From: an uncultured Lentisphaeria bacterium
GTDB taxonomy: Bacteria; Verrucomicrobiota; Lentisphaeria; JABSQK01; JAJFLO01
DNA: 32,000 bases
Direction of reading: 5' to 3'
Assembly (NCBI GenBank): GCA_951812855.1
Contig: OX638337.1
Span: forward strand, 30,001-62,000
Shown here piece by piece: positions 1-9,943 of this stretch. The translations under genes and the position numbers were made by a program. The notes beneath the pieces are model-generated. The model was not told the origin of the DNA and did no database searches. It was given only the letters and a program-made list of their open reading frames with translations. The stretch's first letter is position 1; every line of letters begins with the position of its first letter.

Positions 1-1332
1 GTTCAATTTAAAATTGCCTGAAATAATCAACCGCGGTTCCAGGTCATGACTGAGAATAGGTTCAATTTGCATGCTCGGGGTTAAGTTAATTGAAATGCCT
101 TTAAGCGTAAATATTCCCGATACCGTTACTGGTTTCAGTTCACCAAAGGAAAGGGGTTTTCCATCTCCTTGAGTCGATTCAATAACAAATCTTGAATCCG
201 GATATTTTTTTGTATTTAGAAATATCCGTCCCTGCAGCGCCTTGTCTAAGTCCGGGTCGCCCATTGATAATGATTTGGGATCAATGACAAATTGCCCCCT
301 AGAGTTATTAATGGTGAGATCAGGATTTAAGGTGAATCGTGCAGATCCCTGTGTGGCAGCTCCTGAATAAATATCCAGGGGGGCTGGAAATCGTATTCTC
401 AGAATGGGTGGTTGGTCCTGACTGATTTCATCTAAAACCCATTTTTGCGGCAGGGTAATATTTGTAAATTCAGGCATGGTATTGTTTTTCGCCGGTGCAG
501 GCGGGAGAACAAGTCCGAGGTCTTCCCAGGATACGACAGGAATCGACGTACTGACGGCGTTGAATCCATCACCTGTGTTTGTTGTTTTAATGGTATCGGC
601 AACGGCTTTTTCCAGTAATTTAGCTGCTTTTTCAAACAATTTTCTGCGTTTTTTCCAGGGACCGGTCAAGGGTGTTTTTTTTAGTTCGTAAACAGGTTCT
701 TTGCAGTGAAACTGGGAGAATAACGCCAGTGAAAGACAGAGTGTTCCATTGTCAGCATGCCATGGATAAAAATCCATATAAAATCCGCGGTCGGACCGAC
801 CCAGTTTGCTTTCCTCAACAAACTTAAATTTTCGAAAACTCTTTTTAAGAACGTCTAATGACTCCTTCACAAACTCATCATGGTTATACCCTTTCGGAAT
901 GGTTCCTGTAACGGGGACAATTTTTATGGGTGACCAGATGCGTGTCCTGCCAAGATTCCAGATTGGGATCGTATTTCGAATGTTTAATTTTTTAGCCTGG
1001 GCAACATACCTGGATGTTTGAATAAAGTTTTTTATTCGTGGAAGCGTGTTCGTTCGCCCCTGGTATATGGATCGGCCGCGATAATTTTGAAAAACGATTA
1101 ACGGTGTGATGGTAATTTCGGCAGGTGCCCCTGTTTCGCTGATATCCAGTACTGACAGTTCGAGAATTCCTTTTGTCGAAAGATCTTTTATTGCATTGAG
1201 CTGTTTGTTGAATTCATTACTGACGGCAGATTTATTATTTTCGACAAATACAATTAATTGATCCTGAGCCGTGAGGTCCGTGGTCTGCAAGACTATCGCG
1301 GTAATAAATATGAAAACAGTGTGTTTTTTCAT
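1..1332 (-). CDS. Secreted protein with C-terminal YceI-like domain (partial; 3-prime end lies beyond the window edge)
   Basis: This ORF is missing from the supplied track because it is open at the window edge. My manual minus-strand translation from the ATG at 1332-1330 stays open to base 1 (444 codons). The N-terminus MKKHTVFIFITAIVLQTTDLTAQD looks like a signal peptide. The distal part (DPDLDKALQGRIFLNTKKYPDSRF...VSGIFTLKGIS) resembles YceI. The start lies 2 nt after the stop of the upstream YceI gene. Confidence 0.6.
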   Translation of the reverse strand, partial: MKKHTVFIFITAIVLQTTDLTAQDQLIVFVENNKSAVSNEFNKQLNAIKDLSTKGILELSVLDISETGAPAEITITPLIVFQNYRGRSIYQGRTNTLPRIKNFIQTSRYVAQAKKLNIRNTIPIWNLGRTRIWSPIKIVPVTGTIPKGYNHDEFVKESLDVLKKSFRKFKFVEESKLGRSDRGFYMDFYPWHADNGTLCLSLALFSQFHCKEPVYELKKTPLTGPWKKRRKLFEKAAKLLEKAVADTIKTTNTGDGFNAVSTSIPVVSWEDLGLVLPPAPAKNNTMPEFTNITLPQKWVLDEISQDQPPILRIRFPAPLDIYSGAATQGSARFTLNPDLTINNSRGQFVIDPKSLSMGDPDLDKALQGRIFLNTKKYPDSRFVIESTQGDGKPLSFGELKPVTVSGIFTLKGISINLTPSMQIEPILSHDLEPRLIISGNFKLN

Positions 1333-1334
1333 GT

Positions 1335-1961
1335 TTATTTATCTGGAGAAGCACCCACAATTCCGAAAGTAATATCGATCTTTTCAGCAACAACGGTATT
1401 GTCCATATCCGGTTTGATTTTAAATGCTTTGCGATCAATAGAGAAATTGGTTTGCAGGATAATTAAATCACCGGTCCCCTTATGGTTGCGTGCATTCAAT
1501 TTTGCTTTTTGATAGCTTAGTTTTATAGGAACGGCCATTTTTTTTGTTTTCCCTTTTAATGTAAACTCTCCTTTAGTTACTAAGCTGTATCGAATGTCCG
1601 ATTTCTTTTTAACCTCTGAGATTCCGGTAATTTTATATTCTGCAGTCGGATATTTTTCGACGTCTATCCAATCCTCTCCATGTAAAACCTGAGTCATTCG
1701 TTTATTGGTTGTATGGATTCCGGCTGCTGCTACAATAATTTTTCCACGAGTATCCTGCGGTTTGTCAGGATTGAAGGTGATCTCTCCGGAAATATCAGAA
1801 GCGGTACCTGATATTGGTTCAATATCGGAATAGAGCTGAAATGACATACTGTTGACGCCTTTCGGATCTTTGAAATCATATGATTTCTGTGCATAGGTAC
1901 TAATTGCCAAAATGGTTAACATGAGATTGAATTGGATGAGTTGTTTTTGTTTGACAGTCAT
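1335..1961 (-). CDS. YceI-family periplasmic polyisoprenoid-binding-like protein
   Basis: 208-aa ORF with a signal-like N-terminus (LMLTILAISTYAQ). It shows a YceI-like pattern (GEFTLKGKTKKMAVPIKL, EDWIDVEKYPTAEYKI). Confidence 0.8.
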   Translation of the reverse strand: MTVKQKQLIQFNLMLTILAISTYAQKSYDFKDPKGVNSMSFQLYSDIEPISGTASDISGEITFNPDKPQDTRGKIIVAAAGIHTTNKRMTQVLHGEDWIDVEKYPTAEYKITGISEVKKKSDIRYSLVTKGEFTLKGKTKKMAVPIKLSYQKAKLNARNHKGTGDLIILQTNFSIDRKAFKIKPDMDNTVVAEKIDITFGIVGASPDK

Positions 1962-2066
1962 GATTAATTTTCCTGTTTTTTCGGTTAATTTTATCCCGGG
2001 GGCTTTATGTAAAACGTAAGAGTTTATTTTTTATTGTAAGTGGAGTTTATCAAAAAACGTTGTGTC

Positions 2067-2573
2067 TTATACAGAAATATTAAGTTGGAACGCGTTTGCA
2101 TGCCAACTGTTGATTACGGAAACTTCCCATCTGTTTTCGCGAAATTCCTTCAGGCTCTGGATTGTGTTGTTAAAGACAATTGTGCTTTGATTGACGCTGT
2201 TATTATTTATAAGTTGCTGAAACTCATCGCGCGGTACTGCTTTGACTTGTTGGTTGTCTTTGTAATAAACCAGATTTTGATTTAATGCATTGATTGCGTG
2301 TTTCTTGTTCAGGGATTTAAATACTTTGACACTTGAATCAATCGAACAGCCCGAGACGTTTTGATTTGCATCCGGGCAGAGGATGACAAACTGATCATAA
2401 ATGACAGAAAACCCTCCCCGAACAGGGATACCGTGGGCGTTCCAACTGTCCATAAAATGATTCAGAGCATCGTCAACGATACTGATTTGACTTTCCGTGA
2501 GTTGATTTTCAAATCCGTATATCCAGATTCGTGAGGAGTCAGAAAATTCAGGAAAAATAGTTTTGTTATTCAT
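2067..2573 (-). CDS. Conserved hypothetical protein (function unknown)
   Basis: 168-aa ORF abutting the rhodanese gene (stop of 2574..3137 adjacent to the start at 2573). I can name no catalytic motif. Confidence 0.5.
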   Translation of the reverse strand: MNNKTIFPEFSDSSRIWIYGFENQLTESQISIVDDALNHFMDSWNAHGIPVRGGFSVIYDQFVILCPDANQNVSGCSIDSSVKVFKSLNKKHAINALNQNLVYYKDNQQVKAVPRDEFQQLINNNSVNQSTIVFNNTIQSLKEFRENRWEVSVINSWHANAFQLNISV

Positions 2574-3137
2574 TTAATACACCGCGTTGTAGGTTGGGTT
2601 CAGATAATTCCATTCTCTACTGTGAGTATGAGCATCTTTTGTTGGAATATTTTCTCCGTTTTTTTCTTTTTTATAAAATTCACCGTTTACTAAACTCCAT
2701 GCTAAAATCCCGCCGATCAAATTATACATATTCGGGAATTGTTTGTTCATTGTCTCGACATAACGTCCACTGCGTTCTCCGACAGTGCAATATACGATGA
2801 CTTTTTTAGCAGATAAATTCTGATTTGCATATTTTTTCTCAAATTCACGTCTGGAAATGGCATTTGGAAGTATGGAAACCTCCATCTCATCAGAATTGCG
2901 AACATCGACCAGAATGATATTGGGGTCCTTAATGGTTCGTTTTAGGCGTTTTGCTGTAATAACCGGAATGTGTCTATCTTTATTGAGTTGACTGAACAGT
3001 CGATGAATTTTATTTTTTAATTCGTTTATTTCATCAATCTGTGATTGTGATTTTTTGATGGGGATTTTGTCATCAGAAAATATTTTTCCGGAGAAAGGAG
3101 ATATGATTAACCCGACTATGATGATGAATTTGTACAT
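2574..3137 (-). CDS. Rhodanese-domain sulfurtransferase, secreted or membrane-anchored
   Basis: Hydrophobic N-terminus. Rhodanese active-site loop CTVGERSG (CX4R type) near the C-terminal third. Confidence 0.75.
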   Translation of the reverse strand: MYKFIIIVGLIISPFSGKIFSDDKIPIKKSQSQIDEINELKNKIHRLFSQLNKDRHIPVITAKRLKRTIKDPNIILVDVRNSDEMEVSILPNAISRREFEKKYANQNLSAKKVIVYCTVGERSGRYVETMNKQFPNMYNLIGGILAWSLVNGEFYKKEKNGENIPTKDAHTHSREWNYLNPTYNAVY

Positions 3138-3267
3138 GGTGTTTTGAATTCCATTTTAATCATGAATTTAATGCACAAGCTCTATTTCGGGGGAAATATA
3201 AAAGAAACATTGATTAAGATTATGAATTATGATTGAGACTGTGATTAGGGATTAAGGATTAGTCTTC

Positions 3268-3759
3268 TTATTTTGAAAGGATTAAAGGCTTTAAGTTCAG
3301 TTTAGTACGTTCCTGATTTACTTTTTTCATGAGGTTACTATTTGATGCTAAAATTTTATTCAATTTTCCAGTACTGACAGTTAACTTTTTTGCTGCAAGA
3401 CTAATTTTCCACTGAGCGGACGAAAATGCATCTAAAATAGCGGCGATGAAAAATGGATAACGTTTGTCGTTTTTCCCGATAGACCAGGAATCCGACCATG
3501 GTTCAGCATTTTCCTTCCTGATGGACAGTGCAATTTCTAATCTTAGTTTTTTTAATGCTTCTTTTTTGTTTTGATGCTGTGACCGGCTCGATATTGCATA
3601 GGCACTGATATGTTCGTTATTAAGGGTGATGGTGATGCGAACTGCTGAATCCGTTGTATTGCGATGCTGACCACCCGGACCTGAGGCCCGGTACATTTCT
3701 ACTCGACATTGTTTTAGTAATTCGGAATCATTTGAGTTTAATAGATTGTCGCGCAGCAT
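3268..3759 (-). CDS. GGQ-motif RF-1 domain protein (ArfB/peptidyl-tRNA hydrolase-like)
   Basis: SGPGGQHRNTTDSAVRI is the class-I release factor/ArfB GGQ catalytic motif. The protein is 163 aa. Its start lies 2 nt downstream of the truA stop, in the same orientation. Confidence 0.75.
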   Translation of the reverse strand: MLRDNLLNSNDSELLKQCRVEMYRASGPGGQHRNTTDSAVRITITLNNEHISAYAISSRSQHQNKKEALKKLRLEIALSIRKENAEPWSDSWSIGKNDKRYPFFIAAILDAFSSAQWKISLAAKKLTVSTGKLNKILASNSNLMKKVNQERTKLNLKPLILSK

Positions 3760-3761
3760 AG

Positions 3762-4586
3762 TTAATCCGCCGTATTTAACAAAGCAAGAAACGGCAGTCC
3801 GATTAATTTATAATTATCCAGTTCTATTTTTGAATAGAATATTTTTTCAAGATAAAGACCCTGAGCCGGTGCTGTATCAAATCCGTTATTTCTATTTTTC
3901 AATTTAAGAATCTTTTCAGGACTCAGGAGATTGTTACTGGAAGATGTTTTTACAAAGTAACCCACCAGTCTTCTTACCATTTTATACAAAAAGCTGTTCC
4001 CCGTAATTGATATGACGATGAATTTTCCAAATGTATTTATATTAATATTATAAATTTCTTTAACATAATCAATATTCGGTGTATTTGATACAGCGGAAAA
4101 TGTGGTGAAATCATGTTTCCCGATTAATTGCGAGGCGACTTCTTTCATTTTGTTAATATCCATTGTATAGGGTACCTGCCAGCATAAGTCACCCATAAAC
4201 GGTGAGTGAAGTTTATCTGTATAAATCACATAACTGTAGGTTTTGCCTACCGCATCGAATCGTGCATGGAACTCAGGTGGCATAATCTCAATTTTCTGAA
4301 TACGAATATCCCCGGGCAAGGCATGATTTAATGCGGTTAATGCGTTTTCCGGCTGAATGGGAGGATGGTCCGGTGGAAAGAAGGTTACCATTTGTGATAA
4401 GGCATGTACACCGGCGTCGGTTCTGCTGCATCCGAATACTCGTGTTTCACCCGGGAACAGGCTTGAGAGTTTTTCTTCGATGTGGTGTTGAATGGTAATA
4501 TCGTCGGGCTGGATTTGCCAACCTGAATAGTAACTGCCTCGATATGCAATGGTAAGTAACCAGTTTAACTTTTTCGGTTGATTCAT
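3762..4586 (-). CDS. truA: tRNA pseudouridine(38-40) synthase
   Basis: Catalytic motif CSRTDAGVHA, a size of 274 aa and TruA-like sequence throughout. Confidence 0.9.
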   Translation of the reverse strand: MNQPKKLNWLLTIAYRGSYYSGWQIQPDDITIQHHIEEKLSSLFPGETRVFGCSRTDAGVHALSQMVTFFPPDHPPIQPENALTALNHALPGDIRIQKIEIMPPEFHARFDAVGKTYSYVIYTDKLHSPFMGDLCWQVPYTMDINKMKEVASQLIGKHDFTTFSAVSNTPNIDYVKEIYNININTFGKFIVISITGNSFLYKMVRRLVGYFVKTSSSNNLLSPEKILKLKNRNNGFDTAPAQGLYLEKIFYSKIELDNYKLIGLPFLALLNTAD

Positions 4587-4666
4587 GATTTTTCAGGAGT
4601 GATTTACAGGAGCTTGAAGTATAATTGAATTGATCATACAACTAACGATCCCAACTCCCATATCTC

Positions 4667-5383
4667 TTAGACATCTAAGTAAAGGATTACACCACAGTTT
4701 TCACATTGATCGAAGCTGGATTTTCTTAGACTTGCCTTTATCTGAGGTGTAACCTTGAGGAAACAGCCGCCACAATTTTCGCCTTGAAGCGGAACAACGG
4801 CTTTTACGAACGAATTACCTGATGAGCGGCGTTTTAAAAGTCTTAGATAATTATTGAATAATTCTGGTGGGATTGTTTCGGAAAGACTTTGACGAACTTC
4901 TTTAAACTTTTCAATTTGGATCTTACAATTTTCATTGCGGGTATCCAGATCTCTTATGGAATTTTCGATACGGGATTTTGTTGCTTCGAGGTTTTTTGCG
5001 GCTTTCTCTTTACTTGCTTTGCTCTCTTCGAGTTTTTCCCAAAATACCAATTGTTTGTCTTCGTGCTGTTCTATTTTCTCGTTGAACTGTTTAATTTCCT
5101 TTAATACAGCTTTGTATTCATCATTTTTTTTAATCGATGCAGATTTGTTTTGCAAATTAAGAATTTTGTCCTTTAAGGACGCAATTTCTATTTCCTCATT
5201 CTTAATATTCTTTTCAATATCCAGGTAATTGTTTTTTGCAGTATTCATTGCATCTTCTGCTTCGCTCATTAGATGCTTTACTTTCTCTTTTTCTTCAGGT
5301 ACGGATTCAATTTGCATTTTTAAATTGAAAATCCGAATATCTTTATCTTGAATTTCAAGAAGTTGTTCGATTGTTCTGTCCAT
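4667..5383 (-). CDS. Coiled-coil protein with C-terminal C4 zinc ribbon (DUF164/zf-RING_7 type)
   Basis: Long Lys/Glu-rich heptad-like region followed by CGGC...CENCG. I prefer the internal ATG at 5383 (MDRTIEQLLEIQ) over the track start at 5434, which adds a hydrophobic, non-conserved-looking leader. Confidence 0.7.
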   Translation of the reverse strand: MDRTIEQLLEIQDKDIRIFNLKMQIESVPEEKEKVKHLMSEAEDAMNTAKNNYLDIEKNIKNEEIEIASLKDKILNLQNKSASIKKNDEYKAVLKEIKQFNEKIEQHEDKQLVFWEKLEESKASKEKAAKNLEATKSRIENSIRDLDTRNENCKIQIEKFKEVRQSLSETIPPELFNNYLRLLKRRSSGNSFVKAVVPLQGENCGGCFLKVTPQIKASLRKSSFDQCENCGVILYLDV

Positions 5384-5727
5384 ACCGCAGCGGTGCCTTT
5401 CATTGGTCAATAAAAAAGTCAATACAATAAACATTCTATTTGAATAAACAATTTATCTTCTTTGTTTATTTGATCTGACACTCAGGTTCAATTTGCACCG
5501 ACCCCTGCGTCGACATGATAGTTTTTCGAGGTATAACATACTCTGTTACCTGTGGTCGAGCAGATGGCCGGATGTTATAGAAATATTTGGCATCTGATTT
5601 TATGGTATTCATAATCGAGTACATTTACATTGTCCATGAGTTATTGGGCAGTTGATCTATTCCTGAGGAGTTATTCAGAGTAACTGTCGTAACTGAAAAC
5701 TGTTCAAATTATATCAATCTAAAAAAT

Positions 5728-6564
5728 GTGTCAGGAAATTCATTGAAGAAATTTTCATATTTTAGAACGGCATGCAACGGGTTTAGAAACGTAAATAAGA
5801 ACTGCATCCAAAGAGTGCTTTTAATCTGTTTTACCATCCCGTTAATACTGTTGAACGGTTGTGCTGATTCGTCGATTAATGAAATCGTAAGGGAATCACT
5901 GAATTTTGCGAAAACAGGTGATAACAGAGGTTGGAAAAAGGCATTGAAGAATGTTGAAATCTGTATCCGGCGCGGCGTAAAAAACAGCGATCTGATTACA
6001 TTTTATATTTTATGCCTTTCTCGAACTGGAAATGATGGTAAAGCGTTGGAAACCGGTCTCGAATTAGTATCCCGGGACCCGAATAATTTTCTGGGTAATT
6101 ATTTAATTGGAAAACTCTATTTTGATCGGGAGAATTATCCAAACGCCTTACCGTACCTGCAAAAGTGCAGGGAATTAAATCCTGACCACCTCAATACACT
6201 GATTTTATTACTGAAAACAGCTGCGAAGTTAAATTTACCCGTGCTCAAAGAACTCTATATACAATTATTAACTTATGATGAGTTCAAAAAATCATTTTTA
6301 GTGTATAATAATTTGGGGTGTTGGTATGCAAATCACGATGATTTCCCTCATGCCTTTAGTAATTTTTCTCAGGCTCTGCAATATTCCAATGGCCATCCTC
6401 TGGTATTCCTGAATATGGCAATTCTTAATGATTACGGCCTGAATAATGAAAAAGTTGCACAACGATACTATCTTAATTTTCTGTATAAAGCAAAAGATAA
6501 TTATCCTGATAAATCCCAAAAAGTATTAGCCCGGCTGCAAATAATTGGTAAAAAGTGGGAATAA
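5728..6564 (+). CDS. TPR-repeat lipoprotein
   Basis: Lipobox-like LILLNGC after a hydrophobic stretch. TPR-like repeats (LGNYLIGKLYFDRENYPNALPYLQKCRELNPDH). GTG start as listed in the track; the true start is uncertain. Confidence 0.6.
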   Translation: MSGNSLKKFSYFRTACNGFRNVNKNCIQRVLLICFTIPLILLNGCADSSINEIVRESLNFAKTGDNRGWKKALKNVEICIRRGVKNSDLITFYILCLSRTGNDGKALETGLELVSRDPNNFLGNYLIGKLYFDRENYPNALPYLQKCRELNPDHLNTLILLLKTAAKLNLPVLKELYIQLLTYDEFKKSFLVYNNLGCWYANHDDFPHAFSNFSQALQYSNGHPLVFLNMAILNDYGLNNEKVAQRYYLNFLYKAKDNYPDKSQKVLARLQIIGKKWE

Positions 6565-8405
6565 TGTTTGAGCAGACAAAAGATCGAATTAAAGAATCAC
6601 TTGATATTTCCGACGTAATCAATTCATACATTCCGTTGAAACGGTTTGGAAACAATTATAAGGCATTATGCCCCTTTCATTCCGAAAAAACACCGTCATT
6701 CTCAGTAAACACTGAAAAACAGATATACTATTGTTTCGGCTGTCAAAAAGGGGGTGATGTATTTCAATTTGTTATGGAATATGAGCAGATTGATTTCTTC
6801 AACGCACTCAAAATACTATCCGAACGTGCCGGTATTCCGCTCCCCGAAAAAAGGTCTGACTGCGAGTCCACTTCCAGTGGGAATAAGAAAGATGAATTAT
6901 TGAAAATCAACCATCTACTCGCAACATGGTTTCATGAGAATCTGGTGAGCAATAATGGAAAATCCGCCCTGGATTACATTCTTAACCGCGGCGTCAGTCA
7001 GGATGTTTTGAATACATTTGCTATCGGATTTGCTCCTGAATCCTGGGATAATGTTTTGAGATGGGGGAAAAAAAATGGATTCAGTGTTGACAGCCTGCTG
7101 CAAGCCGGGGTTTGCGTACAGAAAACGGATTCAGGGAATCAAAATTCGGTGTATGACCGCTTTCGAAATCGGTTAATGTTTCCAATATGGAATGAATTAG
7201 GCAAGGTTATAGGGTTTAGCGGACGTGTATTGGGAAAAGACGATACAGGCGGAAAATATATTAATACACCAGAGACACTGGTTTTTCATAAAGGCAAGGT
7301 TTTATATGGACTGAATCTGGCCCGGTCCGGCATTAAAAAACATGGATTTGCATTGGTTTGTGAAGGTCAAATGGACGTCATAGCATGTCACCAATCCGGA
7401 TACACAAATACAATTGCACCAATGGGAACTGCTTTTACTGAAGCCCAGGCACGGCTGCTGAAACGGTATACTGATCAGGTAACGTTTTTATTTGACGGAG
7501 ACGCAGCTGGTCAAAAAGCGGTTATAAAAAGTATTGACTCATTTTTACCGGTTGGTTTGTCTGCAAAGGTTGCGGTCCTGGAAAACGGCGAAGACCCTGA
7601 CACACTGGTACGCGGTGGAAATACCGGTCGTTTGAAAGAAAAGATCGACAATGCCATCGATTATTTTGTTTATCGCATGAACATCGAGCTGTCACGCCAC
7701 GATCAAAATACACCATCCGGAAAAACCACCATAACAGAAAATATATTAACCGAATTACTTCGAATCGAGAGTCTTGTTGCACGCGGAGAGTATTGTCGAA
7801 TTCTTGCAAAACGTTTGAATATACCTGAGAATACTGTTCTGCAGGAATTGAAGCGGATAATAGGCAAACGAAATAAACCGGCATTTTCTTATGGAACTGA
7901 CAATAGCGGGCCCGGCGTTGAATCAAATCCAAATCAAATCGACAGCGTTGAAAAACAAGCCGAAATCATACTCCTGGAGTTTGCAGTTTACTATAAAGAG
8001 TATGCCGAAAGGTTATTAAACGATTTGCCATTAAGATATCTCAGCGGAGGTGCTGTCGGCAGTGCACTGAACGAAATGTTAGCCCATACAGAGCAGGGAG
8101 AATGGCAGGAGGGCGTCTCAGCATTAATCAAAGACATGGGGGAACATCAATCACAGGACATTAACAAGGTTATAAATGATCCAGATTTAGGGACAGATAT
8201 GCGGTCGGAAAAATTGGAAAGAATTTATATAAAAAACTTATATGAAAAATTTTTATTCCGAAAAGTAAAAGCGAAAATGAAAGAGATTCAGGATCTGATT
8301 AATAAGGCCCCCTCTAAGAGTGCATTGAAAAAATTGAAAATTGAAAAAGCAAAACTGAATGAAGAAAGCAGACAAATCAGTCAGCGTCTAAGAAATGTGT
8401 CGTGA
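6564..8405 (+). CDS. dnaG: DNA primase
   Basis: Zinc-ribbon CPFHSEKTPSF...CFGCQKGGDV, then a TOPRIM region (VCEGQMDVIA, FDGDAAGQKA). The ATG at 6564 overlaps the upstream stop as TAATG, so I prefer it to the GTG at 6555. Confidence 0.92.
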   Translation: MFEQTKDRIKESLDISDVINSYIPLKRFGNNYKALCPFHSEKTPSFSVNTEKQIYYCFGCQKGGDVFQFVMEYEQIDFFNALKILSERAGIPLPEKRSDCESTSSGNKKDELLKINHLLATWFHENLVSNNGKSALDYILNRGVSQDVLNTFAIGFAPESWDNVLRWGKKNGFSVDSLLQAGVCVQKTDSGNQNSVYDRFRNRLMFPIWNELGKVIGFSGRVLGKDDTGGKYINTPETLVFHKGKVLYGLNLARSGIKKHGFALVCEGQMDVIACHQSGYTNTIAPMGTAFTEAQARLLKRYTDQVTFLFDGDAAGQKAVIKSIDSFLPVGLSAKVAVLENGEDPDTLVRGGNTGRLKEKIDNAIDYFVYRMNIELSRHDQNTPSGKTTITENILTELLRIESLVARGEYCRILAKRLNIPENTVLQELKRIIGKRNKPAFSYGTDNSGPGVESNPNQIDSVEKQAEIILLEFAVYYKEYAERLLNDLPLRYLSGGAVGSALNEMLAHTEQGEWQEGVSALIKDMGEHQSQDINKVINDPDLGTDMRSEKLERIYIKNLYEKFLFRKVKAKMKEIQDLINKAPSKSALKKLKIEKAKLNEESRQISQRLRNVS

Positions 8406-8459
8406 GTGTAGAAAAGCGGATGGAAGAGATAATATACAGTGCTGGGAATTCAGTGACAC

Positions 8460-9848
8460 TCAAAAAAGATCTGATGCAATTTTCTCTGCTGTGATTTTGG
8501 CATGGTGCACGCAGTCAGGGATCCCGATCCCGTAATACGAACTTCCAGTCAGGTAGATGCCCGGCAGCCTGGAAAGGACACTGTTCAAAGATGACAGCCA
8601 ATCACGATGCCCCACCTCATATTGGGGATTCCCGTTATGCCATCGAAAGAGTTTATGAAACAAGGGATCACAATTAATTTTTAATATGTCGCTGAGTTCT
8701 TTATTGACCAGATTCAGCAGTTCATCTTCGGGAAGGCTGACCAGATGGCTTTTCTCAGGGCCGCCGATAAAGGCCCGGATAAGTAAAACATCTTTTGGGG
8801 CTCGGTAATTGAATTTCCTGGATGCCAATGCACATCCCATTATGTTTCGGTTTTGCTTGAACGGTATTAAAAAACCTGAACTGTGAAGATCCAGGGATGC
8901 CGGGAGGTCAGAAAGTTTATATCCCAAAGTTATAGTGGCACTGGATGTATAGTGAATTTTATTCAGCAACTGAGCCAGATTATCTGAAATATCAGCGATA
9001 ATTTCAGTTGTATTACAGGCGGGCGTTGCAAGTACGACTGCGTCAGCATGATGTCGTTGATTTTTTGAATCAACAATGTCATACCCGGACTGTGTTTTTT
9101 TAATCGTTACTATCTGCATATTTGTTTTAATGTCACAGTCTAACTGATTGGTTAAGGATTCAATCAACTCATGCATTCCATTCTTAAAGCTCTTAAAGAC
9201 GGGGTTTTTCGACACACTCTTACCCTTTAATTGAGCGATGCTATTTATCAAACTGCCATGTTTACGCTCTAATTCGACGAGTTGTGGATATAGGCTGTGA
9301 ATGCTCAATTTCTCCGGTGATGCTCCGTAAATACCGGCCATTATAGGAGCGTAAATGGTTTCAAAAGCTTCATTGCCAAAATGACGTTTCAAAAAATCTG
9401 CCAAATTTTCATCTTGTTCTAATAGGCGGGGGGGCAAAAAAATGTCAGCCATCATTTGTACTTTTCCGGCAAATGACAGAGCAGTCATTTCGTAGACTGA
9501 TTCGAGCGATTCCGGTATGCCTGAATAGAGCCCCTGAGAAAGGGGGACTAATTTATTTTGACTGAGAATATGAAAGTCATTGTAACTGTTTATCGGAATT
9601 TGTTTGTCTTCAATATCCAGATCTCTGCACAGATCCAGGACACTCTGTTTGCGTGTTATAAAGGAATCCGGACCACCTTCAACAGTAAAATTATCGAATT
9701 TTTTTGTAACTATTTTTCCCCCGACATCATCGGACATTTCCATAACGTTACAGGTCAGTGGACAGTTTTTTTCTGACATGAATTTTTGCAGATAAAACGC
9801 TGTTGTTAATCCGGCGATTCCACCACCGATGATCGTGATCTGGGTCAT
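8460..9848 (-). CDS. hemY: Protoporphyrinogen/coproporphyrinogen oxidase, FAD-dependent (HemY type)
   Basis: N-terminal dinucleotide fold ITIIGGGIAGLTTAFYL. 462 aa. Adjacent to hemE. Confidence 0.85.
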   Translation of the reverse strand: MTQITIIGGGIAGLTTAFYLQKFMSEKNCPLTCNVMEMSDDVGGKIVTKKFDNFTVEGGPDSFITRKQSVLDLCRDLDIEDKQIPINSYNDFHILSQNKLVPLSQGLYSGIPESLESVYEMTALSFAGKVQMMADIFLPPRLLEQDENLADFLKRHFGNEAFETIYAPIMAGIYGASPEKLSIHSLYPQLVELERKHGSLINSIAQLKGKSVSKNPVFKSFKNGMHELIESLTNQLDCDIKTNMQIVTIKKTQSGYDIVDSKNQRHHADAVVLATPACNTTEIIADISDNLAQLLNKIHYTSSATITLGYKLSDLPASLDLHSSGFLIPFKQNRNIMGCALASRKFNYRAPKDVLLIRAFIGGPEKSHLVSLPEDELLNLVNKELSDILKINCDPLFHKLFRWHNGNPQYEVGHRDWLSSLNSVLSRLPGIYLTGSSYYGIGIPDCVHHAKITAEKIASDLF

Positions 9849-9943
9849 AATAATTAGTAACGGTTTTGGCCAAATTATTCGGGTGATTGGTGTTGCACCA
9901 GGGTTTAACTAAGAAAAATCAGAGTGTCCAAATGTAAGATGAG

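Noticed and set aside
5540-5600. SRP (4.5S) RNA-like strings (CTCTGTTACC...GCAGATGGCCGGATGT) and an 8-bp stem TATAACAT/ATGTTATA in the 290-bp divergent spacer.
   Set aside because: The hallmark domain IV elements (GGAA tetraloop, AGCA symmetric loop, GGAAGCAGCC) are absent. There are also no RNase P, tmRNA or tRNA signatures. I treat it as promoter-region DNA with an incidental hairpin.
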